Assembly: GCA_024401855.1 (NCBI GenBank)
Contig: JAKSKH010000002.1
Coordinates: 31,589-95,588, forward strand
Length of the DNA stretch: 64,000 bases
From: Bacteroidales bacterium
GTDB taxonomy: Bacteria; Bacteroidota; Bacteroidia; Bacteroidales; UBA932
Reading direction: 5' to 3'
A program made the translations under genes and the position numbers. Shown here piece by piece: positions 29,040-38,079 of this stretch (within the stretch, counting starts at the first letter, position 1; each line of letters begins with the position of its first letter). The notes beneath the pieces are model-generated. The model did not search any database and was not told the origin of the DNA. It saw only the letters and a list, made by a program, of their open reading frames with translations.

Positions 29040-30011
29040 ATGGACAGGTATCTTGACATACTTCCTGCTGCTGTAACTTTATTCTGGATTATCAGAATCT
29101 TTTTTCTCGGAAATGTGAATAAGGTTCAACTGTACATTGTATGGGGTATGATAATGGCCGTTCTCACCATCTTCTACGGCAGGTTCTTCGTTCTTTTCGT
29201 TTTCCCTCTTTTCCATATGGCTGTAAGGCAAAAAACCTGTTCCGGCGGTGTGACCAAGTGGGATTGGGCGGTTCTGCTTCCCTCGTTCCTGCTGGAGCCG
29301 TATACCGACACCCGTTTTTTCGTCGTTTTTCTGTGCCTGCAGATAGCCTTTATTACTGTATGGTCAGTGATGTCGGTCAGGAAATATGAGCACAGGTTTG
29401 CAGAATTGTATGATTCCGGGGGCGAAATGTCTGCGGAGGATATCGGCCAGGTGCTTACTTTCATGATTATCACAGTGCTTGTTTTTGTGATAGAGATGAT
29501 ACTCCCGGCATACGTGGCATCCTATTTCTGGGTGCGGCTCTTCCTGGCCTCATTCGTGGCCCTGTTGCAGTTCATGATAGGATATTATACCTTCAGGATG
29601 AAGGATACTTCGCTTATTGCCGAAGAATTGTCCGATGACAGCATGCTGGCAGACGGAAAACAGGAGGCTCTCTCCACTGATGATGAACTGATAAGAAAGG
29701 CTGTGGATGACGAACTTTTCCTTGACCCGACGATCTCCCTGGTTTCCATGGCCGAGAAACTCGGCACTAACCGTACATACCTTTCCAACAGCATTCATTC
29801 CTGCAGAGGTATGAATTTCTCGGATTTTGTCAACAGCCTTCGAATAGAATATTTCACACGCATTGTCGGTGAACTTGGGCCCGAGGCGAACATCAAGGAA
29901 GCTGCCATGCGCTCCGGATACAGCAATCTGCAATCGTTCTACCGGAATTTCTCCGAAATAATGAAGGTGACTCCTGCGGTGTGGATAAGGGAAAACCTGA
30001 AAGAAAAATAA
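29040..30011 (+). CDS. Membrane-anchored AraC-family transcriptional regulator
   Basis: About 6 hydrophobic segments in the N-terminal 185 aa; C-terminal FLDPTISL..MAEKLGTNRTYLS...NFSDFVNSLRIE...SGYSNLQSFYRNF. Confidence 0.92.
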   Translation: MDRYLDILPAAVTLFWIIRIFFLGNVNKVQLYIVWGMIMAVLTIFYGRFFVLFVFPLFHMAVRQKTCSGGVTKWDWAVLLPSFLLEPYTDTRFFVVFLCLQIAFITVWSVMSVRKYEHRFAELYDSGGEMSAEDIGQVLTFMIITVLVFVIEMILPAYVASYFWVRLFLASFVALLQFMIGYYTFRMKDTSLIAEELSDDSMLADGKQEALSTDDELIRKAVDDELFLDPTISLVSMAEKLGTNRTYLSNSIHSCRGMNFSDFVNSLRIEYFTRIVGELGPEANIKEAAMRSGYSNLQSFYRNFSEIMKVTPAVWIRENLKEK

Positions 30012-30016
30012 ATTTG

Positions 30017-30088
30017 TACCCCCTAGGCGAATCGAACGCCTATCGTAGGAACCGGAATCCTAAATTTTATCCATTAAACTAAGGGGGC
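30017..30088 (-). tRNA. tRNA-Arg(CCG)
   Basis: GCCCCCTTAGTTTAATGGATAAAATTTAGGATTCCGGTTCCTACGATAGGCGTTCGATTCGCCTAGGGGGTA. Acceptor stem, TAGGA/TCCTA anticodon stem with CCG, GTTCGA T-loop; CCA not encoded. Confidence 0.95.
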
Positions 30089-30144
30089 GTATTCCAGGGA
30101 CAAATATACGCGACTTTTTTGAATTTTGTTTAATTTTGCGGCTT

Positions 30145-31503
30145 ATGAAACAGAAACGATTTTTTCTGAGCGAGGATCAGATACCTGAAAAATGGTACAA
30201 TATTGCCGCGGACATGCCCAACAAGCCCGCCCCAATGCTCAATCCCAAGACAAAAGAGCCGGTGACGGAAGATGAACTCAGTGAGATTTTCTGCCGCGAA
30301 TGTTCAAGGCAGGAGCTCAACGTCACAGACAGATGGATAGATATACCCGGGGAGGTCCGGGAAAAGTACTGTTATTACAGGAGCACACCTCTGGTACGTG
30401 CCTATGGTCTTGAGGAGGCCTTGGGCACTCCCGCCCATATATACTTCAAGAACGAGAGTGTAAGCCCTGTCGGCTCTCACAAGCTCAATTCCGCCCTTGC
30501 CCAGGCCTGGTACTGCAAACAGGAGGGTGTGCGCAACGTCACGACTGAGACGGGAGCGGGACAATGGGGGACGGCCCTTTCTTATGCGGCGCGTATATTC
30601 GGAATGGAAGCCGCCGTGTATCAGGTGAAAATAAGTTATGAGCAGAAACCTTACAGGCGCTCGATAATGCAGGTTTTCGGTGCCCAGGTCACCCCTTCGC
30701 CGTCTATGTCGACCCGTGCCGGAAAGGACATACTTACTGTCAATCCCAATCATCAGGGGTCTTTGGGTACGGCTATCTCCGAGGCGGTGGAACTGGCAAG
30801 GATGACCCCGGACTGCAAGTATACCCTAGGCTCCACGATGAGCCACGTCTCACTGCACCAGACCGTAATCGGGTTGGAAGCGGAGAAGCAGATGGAAATG
30901 GCCGGGGAATATCCTGATGAGGTGATAGCCTGCTTTGGCGGCGGCTCCAATTTCAGCGGTATCGCCTTCCCGTTCATGAGACACAACATCAGCGGAAAGA
31001 CTCATACAAGATTCATTGCCGCAGAGCCGGCGTCCTGCCCCAAACTTACCAGGGGAGTCCTGGCATACGATTATGGTGACGAGGCAGGATATACACCCCT
31101 GATTCCCATGTATACGCTCGGACATGAATTCATGCCTGCAAACATACACGCCGGGGGACTGCGTTATCACGGAGCCGGAGCCATAGTCACCCAACTCCTT
31201 AAAGACGGATTGATGGAAGGTATGGACATCAATCAGATAGAGGCCTTCGAGGCCGGGGTGCTTTTTGCCAAGGCTGAAGGAATCATCCCGGCACCTGAAT
31301 CATCCCATGCCATAGCCGCCACTGTCAGAAGGGCGCTTGAATGCAAGGAGACCGGGGAAAGCAAAGTTCTTCTTTTCAACCTTACCGGTCATGGCCTTAT
31401 GGATATGAGTTCATACGATCAATATCTTCGTGGCAACCTCATCAATTATTCTCTTACTGATGAAGAAATAAGAAAATCCGTTAAAAATGTTGTCGGGATA
31501 TAA
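30145..31503 (+). CDS. trpB2: TrpB-like PLP enzyme (tryptophan synthase beta chain, TrpB2 type)
   Basis: GSHKLN, TTETGAGQWG, GGGSNF, IHAGGLRYHG, PAPESSHA; no trpA adjacent. Confidence 0.9.
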   Translation: MKQKRFFLSEDQIPEKWYNIAADMPNKPAPMLNPKTKEPVTEDELSEIFCRECSRQELNVTDRWIDIPGEVREKYCYYRSTPLVRAYGLEEALGTPAHIYFKNESVSPVGSHKLNSALAQAWYCKQEGVRNVTTETGAGQWGTALSYAARIFGMEAAVYQVKISYEQKPYRRSIMQVFGAQVTPSPSMSTRAGKDILTVNPNHQGSLGTAISEAVELARMTPDCKYTLGSTMSHVSLHQTVIGLEAEKQMEMAGEYPDEVIACFGGGSNFSGIAFPFMRHNISGKTHTRFIAAEPASCPKLTRGVLAYDYGDEAGYTPLIPMYTLGHEFMPANIHAGGLRYHGAGAIVTQLLKDGLMEGMDINQIEAFEAGVLFAKAEGIIPAPESSHAIAATVRRALECKETGESKVLLFNLTGHGLMDMSSYDQYLRGNLINYSLTDEEIRKSVKNVVGI

Positions 31504-31519
31504 AAAATTATTAAATTAG

Positions 31520-31598
31520 CGACGAAGTTTTTCATAGTTTAAGTTTAGGTTAAGTAGCGGGGTATACGCAGTGATGCATATACCCCGTGAAATTTTTA
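31520..31598 (+). ncRNA. Candidate intergenic small RNA with terminal hairpin
   Basis: TAAATTAG -7-like box at 31512-19, U-rich 5' part (GAAGTTTTTCATAGTTTAAGTTTAGGTT), then CGGGGTATACGCA-GTGA-TGCATATACCCCG hairpin. Confidence 0.45.
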
Positions 31599-31715
31599 AT
31601 CATTTTCATGAAGAAACGGCAGAACGGATAAGTTTTATATTTCTTAATGCAGTAACAGACTTTTCCATGGTTGCAAACTGCCGCGCTTCCTTATTTTTGT
31701 GAAAAAACTTCAACT

Positions 31716-32762
31716 ATGAAAAAATGTCTTTTAATTCTGAGCCTTCTGGCTTTTGTTTCCTGCCGTGATTTTCTGTCCGGAGGAAAGGAAGGCGAATTGT
31801 TCGTAAGTATTGAAAATGAAGACGGATACGGAACGAGGTCAGGACTTCCTGTCCCGTCGGTCGATGATTTTATCCTTGTCGTCGAGGACTCGCGCGGAAA
31901 GGAATATTACCGGGGGCTGTTCAAGGATTCTCCTGAAACCATATCCGTCCCTGCCGGAACTTATACTGTGTCCGCCTTTTCTTCGGATTTCGATACACCA
32001 CAATATGATTGTCCCCAATATGGAGATACGCAGGTGGTTGTAGTGCAGGCAGGCTCTTCCGTTGCCGCAAAATTGTCATGCTCCCAGATTAACAGCGGTA
32101 TCCGTTTGAATATTCATCCAGATTTCAGGACACTTTTCCCGAATGCGCTGTTATATCTCAAGTCGGACGACGGAATGATTATGTTCGCATATACCGAGAC
32201 GAGAATCGCCTTTTTCAATCCGGGGCAGGTAAGTGTAGTGATGAAGGACGGGGGAGTCGAATATCCGCTTTTCAACCGTGTTCTGGAAGCCGGACGCATT
32301 CTTGAAGTGAACCTTACCGCAAGTTCGGATCTTTCCGCTTCGGGAGGTGTGTCGGTCCGGCTTGACACAACGAGAACCTGGATTTCCGAATCGGTTGTTT
32401 ACGGTTCCGGAGGTGGTACGTATGAGGATGCCTTAAGTGTTCCCGAAGCACGCGAACTTGGAGAAATGAATGATGTATGGGTGTACGGATTCATCGTCGG
32501 TTCCTTTGCATCGACAGGAAAGGCGGAATTCAATCCCCCGTTCTCCAAAAGCACAAATATCCTCCTTTCTTCAAGGTCTTCTGTTTCGGACAGCAGGAAT
32601 TGTATTTCAGTTGAATTGAAGTCAGGAGAAATCAGGGATGCCCTGAATCTCGTGGACCATCCTGAAAATCTGGGCGGAAAAGTTTGTCTGCACGGTAATT
32701 TGGTTTCTTCCTATTATGGTCTTCCGGGACTGAAGAGTCTGTCGGGATACGAGTGGAAGTGA
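31716..32762 (+). CDS. Lipoprotein, DUF4493-like N-terminal and DUF6359-like C-terminal domains
   Basis: MKKCLLILSLLAFVS-C lipobox; P.YG..., VWVYGFIVG, IRDALNLVDHPENLG...YYGLPGLK. Confidence 0.7.
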   Translation: MKKCLLILSLLAFVSCRDFLSGGKEGELFVSIENEDGYGTRSGLPVPSVDDFILVVEDSRGKEYYRGLFKDSPETISVPAGTYTVSAFSSDFDTPQYDCPQYGDTQVVVVQAGSSVAAKLSCSQINSGIRLNIHPDFRTLFPNALLYLKSDDGMIMFAYTETRIAFFNPGQVSVVMKDGGVEYPLFNRVLEAGRILEVNLTASSDLSASGGVSVRLDTTRTWISESVVYGSGGGTYEDALSVPEARELGEMNDVWVYGFIVGSFASTGKAEFNPPFSKSTNILLSSRSSVSDSRNCISVELKSGEIRDALNLVDHPENLGGKVCLHGNLVSSYYGLPGLKSLSGYEWK

Positions 32763-34339
32763 AAGGTGTACTGTAACTTGGCTTCGAACTGTGCAGGCTT
32801 CGGACTTCTGTTCCATGGATATGCCACGCAGCTGAACCGCGCGTTAAGGGAATGTGACCGTCCGGCTTTCAGTCTGGCGGTCACAGATGCGCTCAGTCCT
32901 CTCCCGTAGTAGGCCGGAACGTTGAAAGTCCCGGGGGCGTCCCTCTCGTAGACGTATATTCTGTCATCCCAATTGTCTATACAGAAGATTGAAAAACGCG
33001 CAAAGGTTTTCAGCAATTCCGAGGCATATCCGGATTCAATATACCAGAGCCAGGCGAATCCGCGGTACCACAGGACATTGTAGCGTCCGTTGAACTGCCA
33101 TCTGCCGTTTTCATAACCGATGTCTCCTCTCAGGTCAAGACGAAGGCCGGGAGATTCCGACGGCCTCCATCGCACCGAGGCCCTTAATTCCGGATGAATC
33201 CTGTTGAATTCCGGATGAATCAGTATAATTGATTTAAGCTGACGCTTGTCGTTTGCAATGTGGTATGCCGCATCTGCCGTTAAAGTCATCCAACTGTTTT
33301 CATAGGCGGCGGCTATTCCGCTCCAATCTTTCTTGTATGCCGGCGAGAGGTATCTTGCCTGAACTGCGAAACCGGAGCTGTTGTCTGTATGAAATAAAGC
33401 ACCTATGATTGCAGCTGGCCCGCTCCGGTAAGTCAGCTCTCCGAAAACGGAAGTCTTTCTGAGTCCGGCCCTCCAGTCCAGCCCAATTCCGTTTCCCGAT
33501 GAGGTCAGCCCCAGAGAAGAGCTTTTCCCCGTCCAGGATATATTGCAGATCTGCTTGAATCCGTCGTTGAAAGACGCTGAGGCGGTAAAATTGAACCGGC
33601 TTATGTTCATCTCGATTCCGGCTCCGAGCAGCTCCGAAGAAAATGAGCTTGTTGCGGTGAGGCCTCCACCGGTCTTCCTGAAGGAATTCAGTGACGTGAA
33701 ACCGCTGAGGGAAAAACCGCTCCATTGGGTAAGACCCTGGCCGAACCGTGCGGAATAATTGCCCAGAACCACTTTGGAAACCGCCCTTTTTCCGTACCAT
33801 GCTCCGCTTAGTGTACCGAGTCTGAAAGTTTTGTCGGTGTATGTGGTTCTTGAAGCCCAGCGCATGTCTATGGAACTGCCTATGGACACGTCTGTCTTTA
33901 GTCCGTATGAATATTGTACTGTATTTCCTTCAGTCGCCTTTACTGCGCCGCGTAACGTGATGTTTCCGTCAACGGATCTTGAATCATGCTTCTGCCCTGG
34001 AGGAGAGGAACTTTTCAGAACAACGAATTCCTGCAGAGCCTTGCAGTATTCTTCGCTGAATCCGCTGATCAAGGCCAGTTCGTTGAAAGAAAGTATGTCC
34101 CCGTATTCATTTCTGTAAGCAACGATTGAAAGAATCTGTAATTTGTCAAACAACCCTGAAGAAGACAGCCGGGCTCTTCCTGCCATATTCAAGTCCAGAG
34201 GGTGCGCGTGCATATGCTCGAACCGTTCCATTTCATCCTCTTCCAGTTCCTCCATGCAGGATGCTCCTGTTATCCTGAGCATCGCATCGGTCCAGGGTTC
34301 GACAGAAATGATGAGAAGTAAAAGAATGAAGTTTTTCAT
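32714..34339 (-). CDS. ComEA-like helix-hairpin-helix protein with C-terminal beta-barrel
   Basis: HPLDLNMA...IVAYRNEYG.ILS..EL..ISGF, LGNYSARFGQGL, RIYVYERD. Confidence 0.75.
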   Translation of the reverse strand: MKNFILLLLIISVEPWTDAMLRITGASCMEELEEDEMERFEHMHAHPLDLNMAGRARLSSSGLFDKLQILSIVAYRNEYGDILSFNELALISGFSEEYCKALQEFVVLKSSSPPGQKHDSRSVDGNITLRGAVKATEGNTVQYSYGLKTDVSIGSSIDMRWASRTTYTDKTFRLGTLSGAWYGKRAVSKVVLGNYSARFGQGLTQWSGFSLSGFTSLNSFRKTGGGLTATSSFSSELLGAGIEMNISRFNFTASASFNDGFKQICNISWTGKSSSLGLTSSGNGIGLDWRAGLRKTSVFGELTYRSGPAAIIGALFHTDNSSGFAVQARYLSPAYKKDWSGIAAAYENSWMTLTADAAYHIANDKRQLKSIILIHPEFNRIHPELRASVRWRPSESPGLRLDLRGDIGYENGRWQFNGRYNVLWYRGFAWLWYIESGYASELLKTFARFSIFCIDNWDDRIYVYERDAPGTFNVPAYYGRGLSASVTARLKAGRSHSLNARFSCVAYPWNRSPKPAQFEAKLQYTFHFHSYPDRLFSPGRP

Positions 34340-34431
34340 AAGACGGTTTTTCTCAAAATTCAGCCTATTAAACGTAACAAACGAAAAGTTTTATCTTTTT
34401 TTGTTAAATTTGTGAACGTAAAGAAAAAAGT

Positions 34432-34977
34432 ATGAAAGACAGGATAGAACTTCACGGCAAGTTTTTCAAACCGTTCATGAGCAACGCCCAGGTTGAAAAA
34501 ATCATAGATGGGGTGGCCGAAAAGCTTAACAGGGACTTTGCATCCGGAGATGAGGTTCCAATGTTCCTTTGTGTCCTGAACGGTGCGATAATGTTTACGG
34601 CCGCAGTGATGAAACGTGTGCATTTCAATGCGGAGCTGGTTTCAATCAAGATGAGTTCCTATCAGGGAACGACTTCAACCGGTACGGTTCTGGTCCCGCT
34701 AGGGCTTACCGGCAGTGTCAAGGGACGTAATGTCATTGTATTTGAGGATATTGTCGATACAGGAAACACAATCATTGCTCTCAAGGAACTTCTTTTAAGC
34801 AAGGGGGCCAGGGATGTACGCATCTGCACAATGCTCATGAAACCCGAGGTTTATAACAAGCCCGAAAAGCTTGATTATGTCGGCGCTGAAATCCCCAACG
34901 CATTCATCGTTGGCTATGGCCTCGATTATGACGAGCTGGGACGCAATTATGACAAGATTTACGTTTTAGATGAATAA
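34432..34977 (+). CDS. hpt: Hypoxanthine phosphoribosyltransferase
   Basis: VLNGA, SSYQG, FEDIVDTG, FIVGYGLDY. Confidence 0.94.
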   Translation: MKDRIELHGKFFKPFMSNAQVEKIIDGVAEKLNRDFASGDEVPMFLCVLNGAIMFTAAVMKRVHFNAELVSIKMSSYQGTTSTGTVLVPLGLTGSVKGRNVIVFEDIVDTGNTIIALKELLLSKGARDVRICTMLMKPEVYNKPEKLDYVGAEIPNAFIVGYGLDYDELGRNYDKIYVLDE

Positions 34978-35557
34978 TATGAAATATTACATTCTTTTTG
35001 GCCCTCCGGGAGCCGGCAAGGGAACACACGCTGTTGCAATTGCTGAAAAGTACAATTTCAAGCATCTGTCCACGGGAGAACTGCTCAGGAACGAGATTGC
35101 CGCCGGAACGGAACTTGGGATCAAGGCAAAGAAACTGATTGAGGCAGGCTCTCTTGTCCCCGATGAAGTTGTTGAAGGCATGATAGAGTCCGCTTTCGAG
35201 TCAATCAAGGGGGTGAACGGTTTCCTTCTTGACGGGTTTCCGCGCACGCTTGCCCAGGCCGAGGCCTTGGATAAGATGCTTGCCAGGAAAGGTGAAGCAA
35301 TCAGCGCGGTCATATCAATAATGATTCCTGATGAGATAGTCAAGGTTCGTATCGCTCACAGGGCCACGGTTGAAGGTCGAGCCGATGATGCCAGCGATGA
35401 AGTTATAAACAACAGAATCCGTACTTATCATTCCCAGACCGAGCCATTGATAGATTTCTATAAGAAGGCGGGTAAATATCACGAGGTCGCCGGGCATCCC
35501 GGTACGGTTGAGGAGAATCAGGCCAGAGTTCTCAGGATGGTTGACGGCATAGTATGA
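34970..35557 (+). CDS. adk: Adenylate kinase
   Basis: GPPGAGKGT, STGELLR, LVPD, LLDGFPRT, GRADD. Confidence 0.95.
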   Translation: MNNMKYYILFGPPGAGKGTHAVAIAEKYNFKHLSTGELLRNEIAAGTELGIKAKKLIEAGSLVPDEVVEGMIESAFESIKGVNGFLLDGFPRTLAQAEALDKMLARKGEAISAVISIMIPDEIVKVRIAHRATVEGRADDASDEVINNRIRTYHSQTEPLIDFYKKAGKYHEVAGHPGTVEENQARVLRMVDGIV

Positions 35558-36219
35558 AAAAATTACTGATAGCATTATTTGCATGTGCGCTTGCTGTGGC
35601 ATCATGCAGCCCCTTGAGAATCGTTTACAATTCAACCGCGGCAAATGGTGACAGGACGGTTTTTACTTCCAGTCAGAGTCTGTTCGGATATGGTAAGGGA
35701 AGGATGGATATCGCCCTCGGCTCGAAGGTATCTGAAAAAGACACTCTCCTTGCAGTGCTTATCACATCCAATCAGGATTCCGACCATGGTATCTTTGACA
35801 AGGGTGACAGGTTGCTGATAAGGCTTAAGGACGATTCCGTCATAACCCTCGTCAACATGTATGACAAGGAATACGATACCGAAATCAACGAAGGAGTCAC
35901 CCATGAGCCCGTTATGGCATACGGTTATGACTATGTTTACTCCCCCTGGGCGGACGGCGTGTTCATCACTCCTTATGAGGTTACTGCCATGGTTCCCAGG
36001 AGATACATTACGAAGACCACGAATTCCTATGCCCTGTATCTTATTTCGAAGGCGGATATTCTCAACATCATCAACAAGGGTGTGAAGAAACTCCGCGTTG
36101 AGGATGAGAACGAAGAATTCGACATGGAAAATCCCGAGTATGCGGCAGAGATAATAGGTAAGGAATTCGATTGCCTTGTTGAAGGGATACTTGCAGGCAA
36201 GAACCGCAGCGAATTCTAA
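35554..36219 (+). CDS. Hypothetical lipoprotein
   Basis: MKKLLIALFACALAVAS-C lipobox; overlaps the adk stop. Confidence 0.75.
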   Translation: MKKLLIALFACALAVASCSPLRIVYNSTAANGDRTVFTSSQSLFGYGKGRMDIALGSKVSEKDTLLAVLITSNQDSDHGIFDKGDRLLIRLKDDSVITLVNMYDKEYDTEINEGVTHEPVMAYGYDYVYSPWADGVFITPYEVTAMVPRRYITKTTNSYALYLISKADILNIINKGVKKLRVEDENEEFDMENPEYAAEIIGKEFDCLVEGILAGKNRSEF

Positions 36220-36231
36220 CGGGAAGTACTT

Positions 36232-37470
36232 TTATTTTCCTGCCCGGCGTATGCTGATGGGAATAGCCTCCTGATGAACCTTGCAGAAAACTCCGGAGTC
36301 CTTGACCACAAGCGCCAGATAGCCTCCACCGCCGGCTCCGGCCAGTTTGAGGGCGAGGACATCGTCCATGGAAGAATATTCGTCAATATAAGGTTGAACG
36401 CTTGCCTCCGGGCAGGCGTTTCCTTTTATGACCGGATTGACCATTGCGGGGAACATCGCAACCTGGGCGTTGAACGAATCTGCATAGCTGCGTGCAAAGT
36501 CCTCAAGATTCTTGCTTATGATTGCGTTCCAGCACCTCTCGGCGGCATCTGCGAGAGCCTTGACTTTTGACTTTGTGATATCTTTCCCTTCAACTACCGA
36601 ACACCCGGGACGCCTTGGCTCCAGGGGAACGAGTACTATGTGCTCTTCGAGGAACCGCAGTGTCATTTCGTCTTCGCAGGTTTCGAGCTTTTCCGGCCAG
36701 AAGTGGTTGTCGTACCAGTGACGGACAAGCCCCGGAACGCATATCCCTATCGAATCCTGTGCTCCCGATATGTGGCCTCCGTCACGCTCCGGATGATTCT
36801 CGAAACAGAATACCAGCCTTGCAAGTGTCTCAGGCTCCATTGTGGGAAGTTTGTATGGCCAGATTTTCTTAATAAGGTTTCTGGTGCTTGTGGATAAACC
36901 GCATCTGTCCCTTATGTCGAAGGTAGGGTCAAGTGAAATTGTCAATGCCCATCCGGGACAGTATTGTGAAACATATGGCTGGTCTATCCATGTTCCGGCC
37001 AGATCGAGTCTGGTTGGAATTTCGCAGCTGGAAGATTTCTCGCTTTCTTTCCTGTTGAGCAACTGACCCTTGATTGAAGTAGAACTTCTTGCTTCCAGGC
37101 CTTCGTGCGGCGTGCGTTGCAGCTCAATGTATTCAATGCCGCGTTCCTCGCAGATTCTGCGCTTCTCTTCGCTCCCTCCTTCCGCATTGACCACGAAAAA
37201 GTCCGGTTTGACTATGTCCAGAGTTGGCAGGAAGTCTATGATACCATGCCCCTGATTAACGAAAGCATCCTTTACGTAGCGCACAGCCTTTACCATAAAC
37301 AGCCTTTCGCTTTCGGGGAACATCGGGCTGTGATGCTTGTAGTCGAGAATGGTGGCATCAGAACCGATGCCCACGTACAATTCTCCGTATTCGGCCGCCT
37401 GGCGGAAAAATTCTATGTGTCCGCTGTGAAGCAGATCGTAACATCCTGTAACAAATACTTTTTTAGCCAT
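36232..37470 (-). CDS. Cytidylyltransferase-like domain fused to a GHMP-superfamily sugar kinase
   Basis: N-terminal GCYDLLHSGH (HxGH) and RT...SSTSIK; C-terminal PTRLDLAG, CGLSTS, GAQD, KLAGAGGGG. Confidence 0.8.
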   Translation of the reverse strand: MAKKVFVTGCYDLLHSGHIEFFRQAAEYGELYVGIGSDATILDYKHHSPMFPESERLFMVKAVRYVKDAFVNQGHGIIDFLPTLDIVKPDFFVVNAEGGSEEKRRICEERGIEYIELQRTPHEGLEARSSTSIKGQLLNRKESEKSSSCEIPTRLDLAGTWIDQPYVSQYCPGWALTISLDPTFDIRDRCGLSTSTRNLIKKIWPYKLPTMEPETLARLVFCFENHPERDGGHISGAQDSIGICVPGLVRHWYDNHFWPEKLETCEDEMTLRFLEEHIVLVPLEPRRPGCSVVEGKDITKSKVKALADAAERCWNAIISKNLEDFARSYADSFNAQVAMFPAMVNPVIKGNACPEASVQPYIDEYSSMDDVLALKLAGAGGGGYLALVVKDSGVFCKVHQEAIPISIRRAGK

Positions 37471-37486
37471 ACCGCAAAGTTACCGC

Positions 37487-37822
37487 TTATTTCTCACTGT
37501 CGAAAATCTTATCCATAAGTTTCCACTTCTCGTCGCTTCTTGCTGTTGAGGAGCATCCCTGAAACTTGGATACATAAGCCTCCCATTCCGCCTGGCGCGG
37601 AAGTTTTGAAAGCCTTAGCATATCCCTCTCCCAATCAAAATCATCCACGGTGTCCACAATCATGAACAAATTGCGTCCGAGATTGTATATCTCCATGGAG
37701 AGAATTCCAACCTGATGCTGGCCTTCAATGATTTCCGGCCATACATGTCTGTGAACCTCCAGATATTTTTCTATCAGTTCAGGCTCGTTAGCGAGTTCAA
37801 GTGTCTGGCAGTAGCGTTTCAT
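37487..37822 (-). CDS. L-rhamnose mutarotase family protein
   Basis: YLEVHRHVWPEI, GI..MEIY, QAEWEAYVSKFQ, WKLMDKIF. Confidence 0.85.
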   Translation of the reverse strand: MKRYCQTLELANEPELIEKYLEVHRHVWPEIIEGQHQVGILSMEIYNLGRNLFMIVDTVDDFDWERDMLRLSKLPRQAEWEAYVSKFQGCSSTARSDEKWKLMDKIFDSEK

Positions 37823-38079
37823 GACAGATTTGTTTGTTCCGTTGACAAAGATAGAAAAAGAGGATGGATTATTAGCCTTATTCCCCTTTTTTTGATATAT
37901 TTGCTTTCGTTGTGAAGAAGTTGTCCCATGGTTGTGTGTGCGGGCCTCTCAATGTGACCTGTTATTACAAATTTCACCCATTTTCATGTTGATTGTTTTG
38001 CTTCTTCTGGAATTTGGTGCTTTTGATAAGGATGGCTTGTCCACTCGTAGTGGAACATTTGCATAATTTATTTTAGTAT

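Noticed and set aside
24804-30088. tRNA-Arg-integrated mobile island carrying the repeat cassette
   Set aside because: The cassette abuts the tRNA 3' end, but I see no integrase and no duplicated tRNA 3' sequence at the other boundary.
30145-31503. Tryptophan biosynthesis operon
   Set aside because: Only a stand-alone TrpB2-type gene is present, which is ordinary in Bacteroidales.
33186-33221. 15-bp direct repeat AATTCCGGATGAATC
   Set aside because: Small in-frame duplication (IHPEF/IHPEL) in the ComEA-like gene, with no sign of wider significance.
37823-38079. Invertible (phase-variable) capsule promoter
   Set aside because: I could not find inverted repeats flanking the promoter or a recombinase gene.
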